A model generated the notes under the pieces. It worked only from the letters and a program-made list of their open reading frames with translations. It ran no database searches and was not told where the DNA came from. A program made the translations under genes and the position numbers. Shown here in pieces: positions 61,801 through 64,000 of a stretch of DNA of 64,000 nucleotides (the stretch's first letter is position 1; each line of letters begins with the position of its first letter). The DNA is from Vitrella brassicaformis CCMP3155 (taxonomy: Eukaryota > Protista > Chromerida), in the NCBI GenBank assembly GCA_001179505.1, contig CDMY01000989.1:1-64000 (forward strand), read 5' to 3'.

Positions 61801-62180
61801 GGTGCTCAAAGTGAGGGGAGAGAGGGAGGGAGGCAGTCACAGACGGACGCAGCCTCGCAGTCAGGAGGCTCTCACAGTCACGGTCAAGAGAGCAAGGGAG
61901 GCAGCCAGGCAGGCAGGTGACAACCCTGACACAGACACACAGACAACACACAGACGCCATTCAAGCCGAGCGGCGTGTAGTGGTGCAGGCAAACACGGGG
62001 CAGACCGGCAGACAGCCGGCCACACCCGCAAGCACCCCACCCCACCCTTGTGACGAGCCCGTGTGTGGTTGTCTCTCTGTGTGTGTCTGGCTGCTCACCA
62101 CTGCTGCTCGCACCAAACGCTGTAAAACCACGCACAGGAGCCGACCAAACACACTCCCAGCGGAAAAAAAGGCGTTTTCA

Positions 62181-62206
62181 AGCTAAGCTCGCATGCTAAG
62201 CCCGCA
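62181..62206 (+). promoter_or_regulatory. Motif AGCTAAGCTCGCA (exact copy 3) followed by the tandem variant TGCTAAGCCCGCA
   Basis: Seen directly between the divergent phosphorylase and Trm10 genes. Confidence 0.6.
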
Positions 62207-62258
62207 GACTCAGAAGGCTGGAGTTCTCGCCAAGGGCCCAGCGAGCAGTCCGCAATTG

Positions 62259-64000
62259 ATGCCCCTGTGCCTGCCTCTGTTGCTCATCCTGATTCTGTGT
62301 CATCGGTGCTTCACTCTGTCATCTTGCTTCATCACGTGCACTATCACTGCTCGTCATCGACAGCACCTCCCATCTCATCGCGAGCGGCAAAGGAGCGCAA
62401 GAGCATTCATGACGGATCCAGCCGACAGCCACACCTGCACCCACACAAGCAGAACTGGCGAATGCGGAGCCGGGCCACCACTGGCCAAGCACGACGCCGA
62501 GGCGCCCAGTGCACCAGATGGGCCGGGGGATGGGAGCGCTTCGCGTGGGCAGCCCCCGTTGGTGCGGCTGACCAAGTCTCAGAAGAAGGTGGAGGCGCGC
62601 AAGAGGTACCGGATGAAGAAGCGTGCGAGGCAGAAGGAGACCAGGAGGGAGAAGCGCATCGAGCAGAGGGAGCAGAGGAAACAACTGCTCGAGGGCATGA
62701 CCGAAGGTGAGTCATAAATGGGCACATGGGCAGCGGGGCAGCATGCAGACGTCAGATGGACACTGAAGGAATGACTGTCTTGTGTGTGCTGTGATGGTGC
62801 CTGACATTGGTGTGTGTTATCGTGTGTCAGAGGAGCGGGCTGCCTTTCTGGAGGACGAGAAGCGCCAGAAAGAGGCACTCGAAAAGTCCTACGAGGTAGG
62901 TAGGCCGCTCACCGACCGCCTAAGCAGATCCCTCAGCCGATGCAAGTGTGCCCGGTATTGTGTGATCAGGGTCACTTGGCCGCGGCGTACGAGAGCGGGA
63001 CGAAGGTGGTCTTCAACTGCAGCTTCATGGACCAAATGTCAGACAAGGTGGACTGATAGAGCATCACCGACGGCCGCACCGCCTGGAGCGGTTTCTCTGT
63101 GTCGCTGTCTGCCACGATCGATGGATGGTTCAGGAGAAGTCGAGTTTGGCCAAGCAGCTGTCGTACGCCTACAACGCCATGAAGACCAGCGACCCCCCTG
63201 TCAGGCTGCAGATGCATGTCACGTCTTTCGACAAGGGAGGGGAGCTCTGGCAACGGTCGGTAGGCAGGAGCAACACACGAAGCACTGACACAGCAGCCTG
63301 AAACATGGTGGTGACCGAATCCCCCTCTCTCGTTGCTTTGTCAGGATGCTGCACTTCGGTGCTGAAAAGTGGAAGGTGGGCAAACATGTCAGTCAACCGA
63401 TCGGTCGGTCGCACTGTGTGTGTGTGTCATATAGATGCACTATCACGAGGGTTCAGCGTGGGACGTCTTCTCCCTCGATGACATCGTTGTGCTCTCACCT
63501 GACGCTCAGGAGGTGAGGCGAGGCCGACACACCCACACCCACACCCACACACAACCAGCTACCCATCTGTCAAATCCATCCCTCCGTCTGTCTGTCTGTC
63601 TGTCAGGAGCTCGAGTGCGTGGACGAGTCCAAGGTGTACGTCATCGGCGGCCTCGTCGACCGAAGCATTGCAAAGGTGGGCGGCCCAGACACACCCATTT
63701 TCCTCACCCGCCTTTTGTGTAAGCTTTGTGTGGTTGGCTGGCTGGTCGTGCGTCTGCAGTATGAGTCGTGGAGTCAGGCGCAGCAGTACGGCCTCCCCTG
63801 CAGAAAACTGCCATTCACCGTACGTACGGACGGATGCACACACCGACTGACTGACTGACTAAGTGACGTGCACACACACTCATGACTCAATCGGTGCTGT
63901 TGTTGTGTGCCTGTCTGACTGGGTGCGGTGCGGTGCAGCGTTACATCAAGGAGAACCTGGGCACGGTCCTCAATGTTAACACCGTCGTGGAGGTCAGTCA
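62259..64000 (+). CDS. TRM10: Trm10-family tRNA m1G9 methyltransferase (SPOUT), truncated by the window end
   Basis: KVVFNCSFMDQMSDK/EKSSLAKQLSYAY, IVVLSPDAQE/ELECVDESKVYVIGGLVDRS, RKLPF, VLNVNTVVE. The start could be 62193, 62259 or 62409. Confidence 0.9.

Noticed and set aside
1-64000. Most short ORFs in the six-frame track, including poly-CV, poly-HT and poly-RE peptides
   Set aside because: They are translations of intronic (GT)n, (CA)n and (GA)n microsatellites or antisense shadows of GC-rich exons. Many begin at GTG or TTG.

Overview
Intron-rich, GC-rich eukaryotic genomic DNA with short introns full of GT/CA/CT/TCTG microsatellites. The gene content and style suggest a chromerid alveolate such as Vitrella brassicaformis (inference, not verified). 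About 26 genes or pseudogenes were assembled by hand from the ORF track and GT/GC-AG junctions. In order: prefoldin 3, alpha-tubulin acetyltransferase, a secreted GH13 alpha-amylase, a lineage-family gene interrupted by an in-frame TGA, an RsmI-like methyltransferase, a PKD2-like channel, CFAP410 with a pseudogene copy embedded in a four-copy ankyrin array, a beta-lactamase-family serine hydrolase, a DMT-type transporter, a WLM-like metalloprotease, a PAN/apple-like protein, an unknown membrane protein, a C2/RasGAP-like protein with RPEL-like motifs, an intronless orphan ORF, a decayed RPAP3-like TPR gene, a hypothetical gene, a VARP-like VPS9 GEF, a helical-repeat (HPR/OPR-like) protein, glycogen/starch phosphorylase and a partial Trm10. 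The three strongest unexplained signals are: (1) a 13-bp motif AGCTAAGCTCGCA found in the short spacers of head-to-head gene pairs and always pointing at the nearer start codon; (2) introns with CA-rich 5' halves and GT-rich 3' halves that could base-pair across the intron; (3) a RasGAP-like protein with candidate G-actin-binding RPEL motifs. Exon boundaries are manual and gene ends are approximate where stated.
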